Origin: an uncultured Candidatus Peribacteria bacterium
Lineage (GTDB): Bacteria; Patescibacteriota; Gracilibacteria; Peribacterales; Peribacteraceae
Reading direction: 5' to 3'
Assembly (NCBI GenBank): GCA_964601225.1
Contig: CAZRMM010000004.1
Span: forward strand, 12,972-76,971
Length of the DNA: 64,000 nt
The notes below the pieces were generated by a model that saw nothing but the letters and a program-made list of their open reading frames with translations, was not told the DNA's origin and did no database searches. Shown here in pieces: positions 1 through 9,261 of this stretch (the first letter of the stretch is position 1; every line of letters starts with the position of its first letter). The translations under genes and the position numbers were made by a program.

Positions 1-1104
1 GTGCTTGCCTCCTCAGGAACGCTCGTGAACGCGTTGCTTATGATCAAGAGCGCTGCGTTCTACCTGCAGCTGATGGTTTCCCCTTCGGGTTTCTCAGTCA
101 TCTACCCCTACATCGGCACCTGGTCGTACGTGCATGAATTTGGACCGTCGATCGCGATTGTACTCGCGGCAATCGGACTTCTTGCGTATTTCCTCATCAC
201 GGGCCGGCGCCTACCAGCCTTTTTCATCGGCACGTACTTCCTCCTGCTTGCGCCGAGCTTCACCACTTTCTGGAAGAGCGGATACTTGTACTTCGCATCC
301 GATCGCTATGCGTACGTGGCCAGCATCGGCGCCTTTGCGTTGCTCGGACTCGCGATCGAGTATCTGGGCCGACGATTGGAAGAGCGCGGCAAGGATGGAT
401 CACCGCTCTGGATCGTTGCTGCCGTGCTCGTGCTGGCCTTCGTTCCGTTCACGTATGCCCAGACCAAAGTCTGGCGCTCGTCGATCCCCCTCTACGAGAA
501 CGTACTGCGGTATCACCAGGAGTCCGTGATGGCAGAGACGAACCTCGGTCTAGAGCTCCAGCAGCAAGGAAAACACGCCGAAGCACGCGCGCACTACGAG
601 CGCGCCATCGCAATAGACCCTCATTCGATACACGCGTATTTCAATCTCGCGTCGCTCGCGCAGGAGGAGGGAAAGGAGAGCGAAGCGACCGCACTGAACG
701 TCGCCGTCGTGGACGCGTTCGGTCCCGACCAGGTGACGAGCGAGAAGGATCTGAAGCCGCTCCTCTGGCTGATCGATAAGTTGGACCAGGTCGGAAAACC
801 CGGCGATTCGTTCCGCCTCGCAGAGAAACTCGCGACGGTAGCGGGAGCTTTCCCCGAGCCGCATCACGCGTACGGCGTGAAGCTGCGGGAACGCGGCGAC
901 GACGCGCAAGCGCTGAAGGAGTTCGAGGCGGCCGCCGCCGCGGGATCCGACAATGCCGAGACGTACTATTACCTCACGGAGTACTACTCCGGCGCCGGCA
1001 GGATGAAAGACGCAGTGCGGGTGTTGCGCGAAGGCGTGAAGCTCGATCCGAAAAACGCCTTCGCCGCCCAGAAACTCCGTGAGTTGGAAGGGACGGTTCG
1101 TTGA
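1..1104 (+). CDS. 5'-truncated membrane protein with the C-terminal part of a GT-C/TMTC-like glycosyltransferase followed by TPR repeats
   Basis: The ORF is open to the window edge. The hydrophobic N-part contains 'YFASDRYAYVASIGAFALLGL', mirrored by 'FFASDRYAYLAALGLFGLAA' in the 59153..60979 protein. The C-part has TPR-like repeats (AEARAHYERAIAIDP, AYFNLASLAQEEG, AETYYYLTEYY). Confidence 0.6.
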   Translation: MLASSGTLVNALLMIKSAAFYLQLMVSPSGFSVIYPYIGTWSYVHEFGPSIAIVLAAIGLLAYFLITGRRLPAFFIGTYFLLLAPSFTTFWKSGYLYFASDRYAYVASIGAFALLGLAIEYLGRRLEERGKDGSPLWIVAAVLVLAFVPFTYAQTKVWRSSIPLYENVLRYHQESVMAETNLGLELQQQGKHAEARAHYERAIAIDPHSIHAYFNLASLAQEEGKESEATALNVAVVDAFGPDQVTSEKDLKPLLWLIDKLDQVGKPGDSFRLAEKLATVAGAFPEPHHAYGVKLRERGDDAQALKEFEAAAAAGSDNAETYYYLTEYYSGAGRMKDAVRVLREGVKLDPKNAFAAQKLRELEGTVR

Positions 1105-1148
1105 GATTCCCTTCAATTCCCGTGCTTTTGTCGCTAGGATGCGGCGGT

Positions 1149-2573
1149 ATGCGCTTCACCAAAATCGTCTGCACTCTCGGGCCCACCAGCAATACGGAGG
1201 AGCAAATCGAAGCCCTCGCGCGCGCAGGCATGGACGTCGCCCGCCTGAATATGTCCCACGGAACGTGGGAAGGCCATCGCGAAAACATGCATAAGGTCCA
1301 GAAGATCAGCAAGAAGCTAATGGAGGATCCCAAGCACCGCCGTCCCATCGCCGTCCTCCTGGATACCCAGGGCCCCGAGATCCGCACGATCCCCGTGGAA
1401 ACCCCCATCGCGATCAAGGAAAACGAGGAGGTCGTCTTCACCGCGGTGCCCCTCAAAAACGAAAAACGCACGGTCGTCACGGTGAACCACGGTGGATTCG
1501 CGAAGGACGCCAAGCAGACCGAAGTCATCATCCTCGACAACGGCAAGATCATCTTCGATATCCTCTCCATCGAGAAAGATGGACGCGTCGTGGCCAAAGC
1601 GAGGGAATCCGGCTCCATCGGTTCGCGTCGCCACGTGAACCTGCCCGGTGCGGACCTCAGCATGCCCTCGCTCACCGAGAACGACTGGGCGAACATCGCC
1701 GCAGGCGCGAAGGAAGAAGCCGACTTTGTTGCGCTCTCGTTCATTCGCCGAGCCTCCGAGGTAACGGAGGTCCGCGACTTCCTCCGTCAAAAAGGTCTTG
1801 AGATGCGTCTCATCACGAAATTCGAGACGAAACTGAGCGTGGAAAACATGGACGCCATTATCGAAGCGTCCGACGGCGTGATGGTCGCGCGCGGCGACCT
1901 CGGCGCAGAGCTGCCGTTCGAGCGCATTCCCGTCATCCAGGATCGCCTTGTTTCCCTTTGCCGCGACGCCGGCAAGCCGGTGATCGTCGCGACGCACATG
2001 CTCGAAAGCATGATCGAGAATCCCACGCCGACGCGTGCGGAAGTCACCGATATCGCGCATGCCGCCATGACGGGAACCGACTCCACGATGCTTTCCGGAG
2101 AGACCGCCAGCGGCAAGTTCCCCATGAACTCAATCGATGCGATGGTTCGCGTGCTTCAGGAAACCGAGCATCACCGTTCCCTTCTCCAGCCGATGCAGGA
2201 GGCCATCATCCGCGGCCCCCGCGACGCGCGCGCCGAGGCGGCCGTGAAACTCGCGCTCTCCACGAAAGCCGCCGCGATCATCGTCATGACCAAGAGCGGC
2301 AAGACCGCCGACGAAGTGAGCCGATTCCGACCCGCGATGCCCGTGCTCGCCTTCACGCCGAACGAGCGAGCGCAGCGCTGGCTTTCGCTCACCTACGGCG
2401 TGCTGCCGTTGCACATTCCCTTCGAGGACGATCCGGAGGGGTCGGTCGCCCACGCGTTCGAGCTCGCGAAGAACACCGGTCTCGTCAAGAAAGGTCAGCA
2501 GTGCGTTCTTGTCTCGGATGCGCGGGCAGGTGCGCAGAATGTCGGAACCGTCCAGATTCGTCAGATCGCGTAA
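1149..2573 (+). CDS. pyk: pyruvate kinase
   Basis: 'MRFTKIVCTLGPTS...ARLNMSHG' N-terminus, 'MVARGDLGAELP' and 'MLSGETASGKFP' signatures. The ATG at 1149 is preferred over the ORF-track start at 1101. Confidence 0.9.
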   Translation: MRFTKIVCTLGPTSNTEEQIEALARAGMDVARLNMSHGTWEGHRENMHKVQKISKKLMEDPKHRRPIAVLLDTQGPEIRTIPVETPIAIKENEEVVFTAVPLKNEKRTVVTVNHGGFAKDAKQTEVIILDNGKIIFDILSIEKDGRVVAKARESGSIGSRRHVNLPGADLSMPSLTENDWANIAAGAKEEADFVALSFIRRASEVTEVRDFLRQKGLEMRLITKFETKLSVENMDAIIEASDGVMVARGDLGAELPFERIPVIQDRLVSLCRDAGKPVIVATHMLESMIENPTPTRAEVTDIAHAAMTGTDSTMLSGETASGKFPMNSIDAMVRVLQETEHHRSLLQPMQEAIIRGPRDARAEAAVKLALSTKAAAIIVMTKSGKTADEVSRFRPAMPVLAFTPNERAQRWLSLTYGVLPLHIPFEDDPEGSVAHAFELAKNTGLVKKGQQCVLVSDARAGAQNVGTVQIRQIA

Positions 2574-2574
2574 G

Positions 2575-2928
2575 TCACTGGCGGATCGGCTGCATTTCCT
2601 GCTCGACGTAGCGGGGATTGGAGTACGGAGTCATCTTCAGAATTTGAGTATCTTCTTGGAGATGATCGAGTGCCTGGGCCTCGGCAATCTGCATATTGAG
2701 AATTTCCTGCTCCAAAAGAAGAACGGACCGTTCCGTTTCAAGCCGACGCAAACTGTACCCTTTCGTTGCATTGGCATTTTCATGGAAAAGGATGAGGAGC
2801 GCGAGGACCAGGATCAGCGCTCCGATGCACGTCATTAAAAGCGCGGTGCTCTGATTGATCATCCGCCCGAGCGATGCTTTTCGCGGGAGGTCTTGCTGCG
2901 CCGGCGTTCGAACGGTAAAGGTCGACAT
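2575..2928 (-). CDS. FtsL-like small bitopic cell-division protein
   Basis: 117 aa with a single TM helix (ALLMTCIGALILVLALLILF) followed by a coiled-coil-like segment. It lies immediately downstream of rsmH, as in dcw clusters. The call rests on position and architecture only. Confidence 0.4.
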   Translation of the reverse strand: MSTFTVRTPAQQDLPRKASLGRMINQSTALLMTCIGALILVLALLILFHENANATKGYSLRRLETERSVLLLEQEILNMQIAEAQALDHLQEDTQILKMTPYSNPRYVEQEMQPIRQ

Positions 2929-2930
2929 GG

Positions 2931-3905
2931 TCAGAATTTTTTCAGGAGAACCCGAAACTTCGCGCTGCGAGACCTTGGATTTCTCGCTATCTCTTCTTGC
3001 GTCGGGACGACGGCCTTGCGGGTAACGAGTGAGAAGGAGGCGGGACGTGTTTCTGCGCCGGTAACGTCGTCGACCTTCGGGGTGGAAAGGGTACGGAAAG
3101 TTTCCTTAACGAGTCTGTCTTCGAGAGAATGATAGCTGATGATTCCAGCGCGACCACCGAGTCGGAGCAATTGCGGCACCGCGGCAAGCAAGGACTCGAG
3201 TGACGCAATCTCCCCGTTTACCGCGATGCGAACGGCTTGAAACACTTGCGGAAGCAGGGATGCGGCTTTGTAGCCGTACACGGACTCTACGACATTTTTC
3301 ACATCCGTCGTGCGGGAGGCCCCTCCGCGAAACGCTGTGCTGAGCGCCTCCGAGAGTCTGCGCGGGCGTTCGAGACCTCCAAGGTCCCTGAGAATGGCGG
3401 TTAGATCGTAGGAATCGATTGTTGCCAAAAGCTGCGCGCCGGTCTTTCCCGTCGTTCTGTCGAAGCGCAGATCGAGGGGGGCGTCGCCGCGGAAAGAAAA
3501 TCCTCTTTCACTGAGATCAAGGTGAGGCGAGCTTAATCCCAAATCGCCGAATACGATGTCGAAAGTTCCCAACGCGAGCGCATCGATGTTTCGAAAATTT
3601 GCGTGGATCAAGGTGGTCCTATCGCGGTACTCGTGAAGTTTTTCCTTCGCGCATTCGAGATTCTCTTCGTCTGCGTCGAGTCCCACAAGTGTGCCGTTCG
3701 GTGCGGTGGCCCGGAGGAAGGCTTGGGCATGCCCGGCGAGCCCGAGTGTGACATCGAGGACTCTTTCCCCTCTCTTGGGCTGCAGCAAATCCAAAACGGG
3801 AGACGGATCACCTTCGTTGTTCGCAAGCAAGACGGATATGTGTCGTGGGGTGTCCGAGGGCATCGTAGCGCGGGAACGTGGCAGTGTCCGATTTCGTATC
3901 CGCAA
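2931..3905 (-). CDS. rsmH: 16S rRNA (cytosine1402-N4)-methyltransferase RsmH
   Basis: 'HISVLL', 'DVTLGLAGHA', 'GDLGLSSPHLD', 'IISYHSLEDRLVKE', 'NPRSRSAKFR' motifs. The true start may be the ATG at 3863 (MPSDTPRHISV). Confidence 0.9.
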   Translation of the reverse strand: MRIRNRTLPRSRATMPSDTPRHISVLLANNEGDPSPVLDLLQPKRGERVLDVTLGLAGHAQAFLRATAPNGTLVGLDADEENLECAKEKLHEYRDRTTLIHANFRNIDALALGTFDIVFGDLGLSSPHLDLSERGFSFRGDAPLDLRFDRTTGKTGAQLLATIDSYDLTAILRDLGGLERPRRLSEALSTAFRGGASRTTDVKNVVESVYGYKAASLLPQVFQAVRIAVNGEIASLESLLAAVPQLLRLGGRAGIISYHSLEDRLVKETFRTLSTPKVDDVTGAETRPASFSLVTRKAVVPTQEEIARNPRSRSAKFRVLLKKF

Positions 3906-3943
3906 GTCAGCCGGGACTCAGCGCGCGCGGCGCATGATCCCGG

Positions 3944-4037
3944 TGGCGGAGAGGGAGGGATTCGAACCCTCGATACGGATTTAACCCCGTATACCGCATT
4001 AGCAGTGCGGTGCTTTCGGCCACTCAGCCACCTCTCC
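3944..4037 (-). tRNA. tRNA-Ser (anticodon GCU), CCA encoded
   Basis: The reverse complement folds as a cloverleaf: acceptor GGAGAGG/CCTCTCC, anticodon arm CCGCA-CTGCTAA-TGCGG, long variable arm, T-arm GAGGGTTCGAATCCCTC. Confidence 0.9.
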
Positions 4038-4103
4038 AGCGCAACGAGTATAGACAGGCCCAAAGGCGCGCGCTAGCCAAGATTCACCGAACATTGCCGA
4101 AGG

Positions 4104-4646
4104 CTAACCGATGTTCTTGTTCGGATTCACGATGTATTGGTTCGGTGGAAAGGTCATCGAAAGATAGGGGCGCGATTCCTCCGTGTATGAGGCGTCGTGA
4201 TGCAAATCTTTGTCTTCCCACAGTCTGGTAACTTCCGTCGGATCCATTGCCCCGCTGTATCCGTTGTCTTTGTTTTGAACCTTGCCGTCCTTCATGAGTT
4301 TGAAGGTCCAATGGAGATGGGGGCCTCCCGAGTTTCCGCTTTGTCCCGAGAGTCCTACTTTATCGCCCTGGGAAATCCACTGGCCACTTTGAACGAACGA
4401 CTTTGAAAGGTGCGCCAAGGTGCTGCGCCTGCGCACGTCCTCGATGACTACGGAAAGCCCGTAATTTTTTGCGCCGTCATCCGTGACTTTCGCGAAGCCG
4501 TCATGGGGCGCATAGACGGGCGTCCCTTCCGGGACGCCGAAGTCGATGCCCTCGTGCCCCGCGAAACCGAAAGGCGCGTAGTCCGAAGGATTTTGGCCGA
4601 ACCCCTGAGTGATAAGCGGCGTTCCTGGCAGCGGAGAGAAGATCAT
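4104..4646 (-). CDS. M23/LytM-family metallopeptidase with no obvious signal peptide
   Basis: 'GHEGIDFGVPEGTPVYAPHDG' (HxxxD) and 'SGGPHLHW' (HxH) motifs. The N-terminus 'MIFSPLPGTPLITQGFG' is not signal-like. Confidence 0.8.
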   Translation of the reverse strand: MIFSPLPGTPLITQGFGQNPSDYAPFGFAGHEGIDFGVPEGTPVYAPHDGFAKVTDDGAKNYGLSVVIEDVRRRSTLAHLSKSFVQSGQWISQGDKVGLSGQSGNSGGPHLHWTFKLMKDGKVQNKDNGYSGAMDPTEVTRLWEDKDLHHDASYTEESRPYLSMTFPPNQYIVNPNKNIG

Positions 4647-4655
4647 GCTTTCAGC

Positions 4656-5450
4656 TTACTCCATTTTTTCAGACGATTGCGACGATTCCTCGAAAGTCCT
4701 TCCGTGGGCAAAGGCGCACCACGGACAACGCGCAGACGGTGCCGGCGGCTTCGGAAGTTCGAGGCATTTGCGCGCCGCAACGACGGCATCTTCCACCCAG
4801 GAATCGTTTCCGCTCAGACGAACGATGGACGATGAAAAATGCAGCGTGTCCTGGAACGCGTGCCTGCTCCTGTCGGGTACGGCGAAAACAAAATAGGCAT
4901 TTGATGAAACCCGGTACCCCATTTTTCTCAGTATCCATTGATAGACTTCGATTTGCCTCCGGTAGGAAGGCCTCACGGAGTTGCCGTCCTGAGGCAGTCT
5001 GCTGGCACACTTGTAGTCGACAACTGCAATATCTCCGTTTCTTTCTTTCCAAATGTCGTCCACGGCGCCGTGGACGATGAAGCCCGATTCTTCGTGAAGT
5101 ATGCGAATGCCTTTCGAAGCCTCGCGCCAATCAGCAAGCGATGGATGGAACAGCGGAACGGCGTCGATGCCCCGCTGCAGCATCAGCGGGTGCGGCTCGC
5201 ACACGTTGCGATATGAGTCGAACTCCTTTTTCAGAAGCGCATCGACTGCGAGGTTGAGCGTATAGGCATATTCGTCGATTCGGGGCACGGAGAGCCGACG
5301 ATCGAAATAGAAACATCTCTCGCAATCGAGAAACAATTCCAGCTTCGTTCGGCTGAGATTTTCGACAAGTTCGAGTGAGTGTTTTCCGCCATCCATACGT
5401 TTCTCGGATGCCATAACACGATGGTACGGGATACTCCGCAAGCCTATCAA
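4656..5450 (-). CDS. PD-(D/E)XK nuclease, Cas4/DUF83-like with a Cys cluster
   Basis: N-terminal 'CERC', 'GAVDDIW', 'VVDYK' (DxK), 'QIEVY' (QxxxY) and C-terminal 'C...CPWC', matching the Cas4/RecB-type 4-Cys nuclease layout. The stop is 10 nt upstream of the M23 gene start. Confidence 0.6.
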   Translation of the reverse strand: MIGLRSIPYHRVMASEKRMDGGKHSLELVENLSRTKLELFLDCERCFYFDRRLSVPRIDEYAYTLNLAVDALLKKEFDSYRNVCEPHPLMLQRGIDAVPLFHPSLADWREASKGIRILHEESGFIVHGAVDDIWKERNGDIAVVDYKCASRLPQDGNSVRPSYRRQIEVYQWILRKMGYRVSSNAYFVFAVPDRSRHAFQDTLHFSSSIVRLSGNDSWVEDAVVAARKCLELPKPPAPSARCPWCAFAHGRTFEESSQSSEKME

Positions 5451-5514
5451 TCAGCCGTGCGATCAAATTCTGGTATCGTGACCTTTACTATTTTCGTCCA
5501 TTCCCCCTTTTTCT

Positions 5515-5871
5515 ATGAACGCGCTTGTGAAACCTCTTACGGGACTTCTTGGAATCGTCCTACTCGCAGTCGGCATTCTCGGCTTCTTCAACGATCCGGT
5601 CGTCGGTCTTTTTGACGTCAATGCTCTGCACAATGTCGTGCACGTGGTATCCGGCATCATCGCGCTCGCAGCAGCCGGAAGCGGCTACGGTCTTTCCAGA
5701 ATGTATTTGGTGGTTTTCGGGCTTGTCTATCTTCTCGTCGCTCTTCTTGGGTTCATCCATTTTGCTTCCGCAGTTTCCCTGTTGGAGCTGAACGATCTCG
5801 ACAACTACTTGCATATGGCTATCGCTGCCGTGTGTCTTGTCGTTGGTTTTGGTTCATCGAGGAACGCCTAA
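5515..5871 (+). CDS. DUF4383-like small membrane protein
   Basis: 118 aa with 4 hydrophobic helices and repeated 'N..HN.VH..SG' / 'DN.LH' motifs, as I recall for DUF4383. Confidence 0.55.
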   Translation: MNALVKPLTGLLGIVLLAVGILGFFNDPVVGLFDVNALHNVVHVVSGIIALAAAGSGYGLSRMYLVVFGLVYLLVALLGFIHFASAVSLLELNDLDNYLHMAIAAVCLVVGFGSSRNA

Positions 5872-5938
5872 TCGCGCTTTGTGCGGAAAGGGGGCACCGC
5901 AAGGTGCTCTTTTTCGTGGCGTTTGCTACGCTCAGATC

Positions 5939-7354
5939 ATGCACGTTTCTGTTCTCGGGCTCGCAACCATGGGGGCCAACCTTGCTCGCAACTGTGCCCG
6001 ACGCGGGCACGACGTTGTCGTCTACAATCGTACCGCGGAAAAGACCGACGAATTCCTCCGGCGTTTCGGCTCGGAGGGAAAGCTGAGGGGTGCCAAAACG
6101 CTTCAGGAACTGGTATCGATGCTGCCCGTTCCGAGGATTTTTATTCTCATGGTGAAGGCGGGTAGTCCTGTCGATCAGTTGATACGCGATCTCACTCCCC
6201 TGCTCTCCAAAGGCGACATACTCATCGATGGCGGCAACAGTCTTTATCTCGATACGGCTCGTCGAGAAAGTGAGTGTGCTGCCAACGGAATTCACTTCGT
6301 AGGCATGGGCATCAGCGGAGGCGAAGAAGGAGCCCTTCTCGGTCCGAGCATCATGCCCGGCGGTTCCAAGGAGGCGTATGACGTGATCGAGCCCCTTGTG
6401 CGTTCCATTGCCGCACAAGATGGTGCAAACGGCACATGCGTTACACATGTCGGCACCGGTGGGGCCGGCCACTTCGTGAAGATGGTGCACAACGGCATCG
6501 AGTACGGCGTCATGCAGCTTCTTTGCGAGGCGTATCATCTCCTCAAGAGCGTGGGATACGCGAATCAAGAATTGGCGGTCGTGTTCAAGGAGTGGAGCAC
6601 GGCGGATGATTTGTCTTCGTTCCTGGTTGAGATCACCGCGGACATTTTCGCGACGAAAGACAAAGAAACTGGCAGGGATTTGGTTGATCTCATTCTCGAT
6701 GCAGCTGGCCAGAAGGGAACCGGAAAGTGGACTACCGATGCGGCGATGACGTACGGTGTTGCCGTTCCGACGATCACTGCGGCGGTCGACGCGCGCATCG
6801 TCTCGTCGGCGAAGGATTTGCGTGTCCAGATGGCTTCTGGAGCGAATTTCGAGACCATCGGGTCGAAGGCGGACAAGAGGCAACTGCTTGCGGACGTCCG
6901 TCGCGCCCTCGATTGCTCGATTCTCAACGACTACGCACAGGGATTCGAGCTTATCCGCGCAGCGAACGACGTCGAAAAGTGGGGTATCAACCAATCCGAG
7001 GTTGCGCGCATTTGGCGCGGGGGCTGCATTATTCGGAGCAAAGTGGTCGAGGAATACCAGCACGCTTTCGCCGGCGACAAAGAAGCTGGAGCGGGTCTAC
7101 GCGCTCGATGCGAGGGGCAGGCGCAGAAAGCGTGGCGCAGAGTGGTGGCCTACGGAGCCTCGATGGCGATACCTCTGCCGGCGATGAGTGCCTCGCTGAG
7201 CTATTTCGATGGATATCGAACGGAACGTCTTCCTCAAAATCTCCTTCAGGCGCAGCGCGACAATTTCGGGGCTCATACCTATAAACGGGTAGATGCGAAG
7301 GGCACCTACCATGCCAATTGGAAGACGGGCGAACAAAAGAAGCTGACCGATTGA
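5939..7354 (+). CDS. gnd: 6-phosphogluconate dehydrogenase (decarboxylating)
   Basis: 'VLGLATMGANLARN' Rossmann N-terminus, 'GTGGAGHFVKMVHNGIEYG', 'IWRGGCIIRS', 'QRDNFGAHTY'. The ATG at 5939 is preferred over 5837. Confidence 0.9.
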   Translation: MHVSVLGLATMGANLARNCARRGHDVVVYNRTAEKTDEFLRRFGSEGKLRGAKTLQELVSMLPVPRIFILMVKAGSPVDQLIRDLTPLLSKGDILIDGGNSLYLDTARRESECAANGIHFVGMGISGGEEGALLGPSIMPGGSKEAYDVIEPLVRSIAAQDGANGTCVTHVGTGGAGHFVKMVHNGIEYGVMQLLCEAYHLLKSVGYANQELAVVFKEWSTADDLSSFLVEITADIFATKDKETGRDLVDLILDAAGQKGTGKWTTDAAMTYGVAVPTITAAVDARIVSSAKDLRVQMASGANFETIGSKADKRQLLADVRRALDCSILNDYAQGFELIRAANDVEKWGINQSEVARIWRGGCIIRSKVVEEYQHAFAGDKEAGAGLRARCEGQAQKAWRRVVAYGASMAIPLPAMSASLSYFDGYRTERLPQNLLQAQRDNFGAHTYKRVDAKGTYHANWKTGEQKKLTD

Positions 7355-7356
7355 GG

Positions 7357-8001
7357 TTATTTCTTGGAGACTTTCTTCCAGTCTTCGGCGAACTTCTTGA
7401 GGCCGATATCCGTAAGCGAGTGCTGGGGAAGCTTTTTGAAAACCTCGTACGGGATCGTGGCGATGTGCGCGCCGAGACGCGCGGCATCGACGATGTGTCT
7501 CGGATGGCGGGTGGAAGCGACGAGAACTTCCGTCGCGAAGTCGTAGTGCGACCAGACTTCCATGATTTCGGCGATGAGTTCCATTCCGTCTTCCGAAATG
7601 TCGTCGAGGCGACCGATGAACGGGCTGATGATCGAGGCACCTGCTTTCGCTGCGAGGATCGCCTGCGACACGGAGAACACAAGCGTGACGTTTGTGCGGA
7701 TCTTCTTCTTCGCAAAGTGTGAGACGGCCTTGAGCCCCTCCGTCGTCATCGGAACCTTTACCACGACGTTCTTGTGCCATGATGCGTATTCTTCCCCCTG
7801 CTTGATCATCTCTGACGCGGTTTCCGCGGTGACTTGCGCACTCACGCAGGGGACAAGTTTGCACATCTCAAGAATGGTCGGCTTGAACTCCTTGCCCTCC
7901 TTCGCCACGAGGCTGGGATTGGTGGTAACGCCGTCGAGAATTCCCCACGCGGCGATTTCGGCGACGTTCGTCGTGTTTGCAGTGTCGATGAAAAGCTTCA
8001 T
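7357..8001 (-). CDS. tal: transaldolase / fructose-6-phosphate aldolase (short type 3B)
   Basis: 'MKLFIDTAN...DGVTTNPSL', 'VVVKVPMT', 'ISPFIGRLDD'. 214 aa. Confidence 0.85.
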   Translation of the reverse strand: MKLFIDTANTTNVAEIAAWGILDGVTTNPSLVAKEGKEFKPTILEMCKLVPCVSAQVTAETASEMIKQGEEYASWHKNVVVKVPMTTEGLKAVSHFAKKKIRTNVTLVFSVSQAILAAKAGASIISPFIGRLDDISEDGMELIAEIMEVWSHYDFATEVLVASTRHPRHIVDAARLGAHIATIPYEVFKKLPQHSLTDIGLKKFAEDWKKVSKK

Positions 8002-8084
8002 GCGAGGATTCTCCGCTTCTGACCGCGGCGATGCAAGCGGGCGATCCCGTAGAAGAGCTGGCGAATCTCCGTCATACTTCGGTC

Positions 8085-8825
8085 ATGGCAAAACTTTTGT
8101 TCCTGGCGTCTTTCGCGCTCACTCTCCTTGCTTCGTGTTCCTCGTCCCGACCTGATGCCTTTCGAGAAAACGAGACTTCGCATTCTGGCTCACAGCGATC
8201 GGTTTATCCGCCGATGCAGCCGGCTGTCGCCCCTCCCGTAGCTACTCGCGCCGTCGGTCCCTTGGCCGTACCATTCAGTCCTCAGGCGCCTTTTGCAAAT
8301 TGGGACGCTTTTCATGAAGAAGCATGCGAGGAAATGAGTCTTGTGATGGTGAGATATTTTTATGAGGAGAGGAGACTGACCCCGCAAACTGCGGAGGACG
8401 AACTGCAGAGTCTCTCCACTTGGGAGACGGAGAACGGCTATGGAATGGACGTTTCAGCTGCGGAAATCGCGAAGATTGCGAAGGATAAATTCGGCATGAA
8501 CGCCCGCGTGATCGAGGAGGTGACTCTCGAGAAGATCGTTGTCGAGCTGCAGGCAGGAAGGCCCGTCATTGTTCCGGCTGCGGGTCGAGAGTTGGGAAAT
8601 CCGTACTTCAGTGGAGCAGGACCTTGGTATCACATGCTCGTGATCACGGGCTATACGAAGAGCGCCTTCGGCGACAAGTTCGTCACGAACGATCCCGGCA
8701 CGAAGCGTGGCGAAAAATATGCATACGACGCCAAGGTGCTTCTCTCCGCCATCCATGATTGGACGGGAATAAAGGAGGAAATTCGTTCAGGTGCAAAGCG
8801 AGCAGTCGTAGTCGATCGAATGTAA
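8085..8825 (+). CDS. C39-like cysteine peptidase domain lipoprotein
   Basis: Lipobox 'LTLLASCSS'. 'PFSPQAPFANWDAFHEEACEEMSLVMV' and 'YHMLVITGY' resemble Peptidase_C39_2. The ATG at 8085 is preferred. Confidence 0.6.
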   Translation: MAKLLFLASFALTLLASCSSSRPDAFRENETSHSGSQRSVYPPMQPAVAPPVATRAVGPLAVPFSPQAPFANWDAFHEEACEEMSLVMVRYFYEERRLTPQTAEDELQSLSTWETENGYGMDVSAAEIAKIAKDKFGMNARVIEEVTLEKIVVELQAGRPVIVPAAGRELGNPYFSGAGPWYHMLVITGYTKSAFGDKFVTNDPGTKRGEKYAYDAKVLLSAIHDWTGIKEEIRSGAKRAVVVDRM

Positions 8826-8846
8826 GGAATACTGTACACTATTGCT

Positions 8847-9227
8847 ATGGACGTCTCCCGTCTCCATGAATCGGGGCCTACCCGGCTCAAACGGCTGAAA
8901 TCGGCGATTACCGCAATGAACGCGCGCGGAGAAATAACGGTGGCTTTCCCGCGCGAGGCGCGCGAGGCGTTCCTTGCCTTCGCAATGGCCTTCGCAAAGG
9001 ACGATCCTCAGTCGCCACCGACGCTCTGGTCGTCCTATCTGTATGAAGCGGGAATGACTGATCCCGAGACGCGACGCGAATTCCTCGATGCATGCTTCGA
9101 AGATGCACTGCGCGAACTCCGCAGACTTCAAGAGGTTGCCCAGCGCGATTGGAATACGACGACAAATGTTTCCTCGCGTCAGCAGGGCATACGCGACAAG
9201 ATGGACGATATCGTGCGCGATCCGTGA
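8847..9227 (+). CDS. hypothetical protein (126 aa)
   Basis: The ORF has protein-like composition. I recognised no motif. Confidence 0.35.
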   Translation: MDVSRLHESGPTRLKRLKSAITAMNARGEITVAFPREAREAFLAFAMAFAKDDPQSPPTLWSSYLYEAGMTDPETRREFLDACFEDALRELRRLQEVAQRDWNTTTNVSSRQQGIRDKMDDIVRDP

Positions 9228-9261
9228 TACTCGACATCGAGCTGTGCTAGGCTCGAAGGGT

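Noticed and set aside
3944-5450. A prophage or island integrated at tRNA-Ser(GCU), suggested by the adjacent M23 peptidase and Cas4-like nuclease.
   Set aside because: The tRNA is on the minus strand, so its 3' end faces rsmH and not these genes. I saw no direct repeat of the tRNA 3' end, no integrase and no other phage genes. Only the weaker gene-pair observation is kept, as a finding.
5819-7063. Long ORFs antisense or out of frame to well-supported genes: 5819..7063 (gnd), 21190..22575, 42502..43896, 47269..48318 (purF), 48414..49649 (purD), 57181..58893 (dipZ-like) and 37598..39419 (groEL).
   Set aside because: Their translations are Arg/Gly/Ala/Pro-rich with no motifs, and each fully overlaps a gene with clear family signatures. 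These are the stop-poor shadow frames expected in GC-rich DNA.
9088-9261. The upstream extension of the transketolase ORF (start at 9088).
   Set aside because: It overlaps the 8847..9227 ORF in another frame and translates to Arg/Cys-rich sequence. The ATG at 9262 gives 'MTRTRPSVKTLLGK...'. The recognisable Tkt motifs begin about 75 residues further in.
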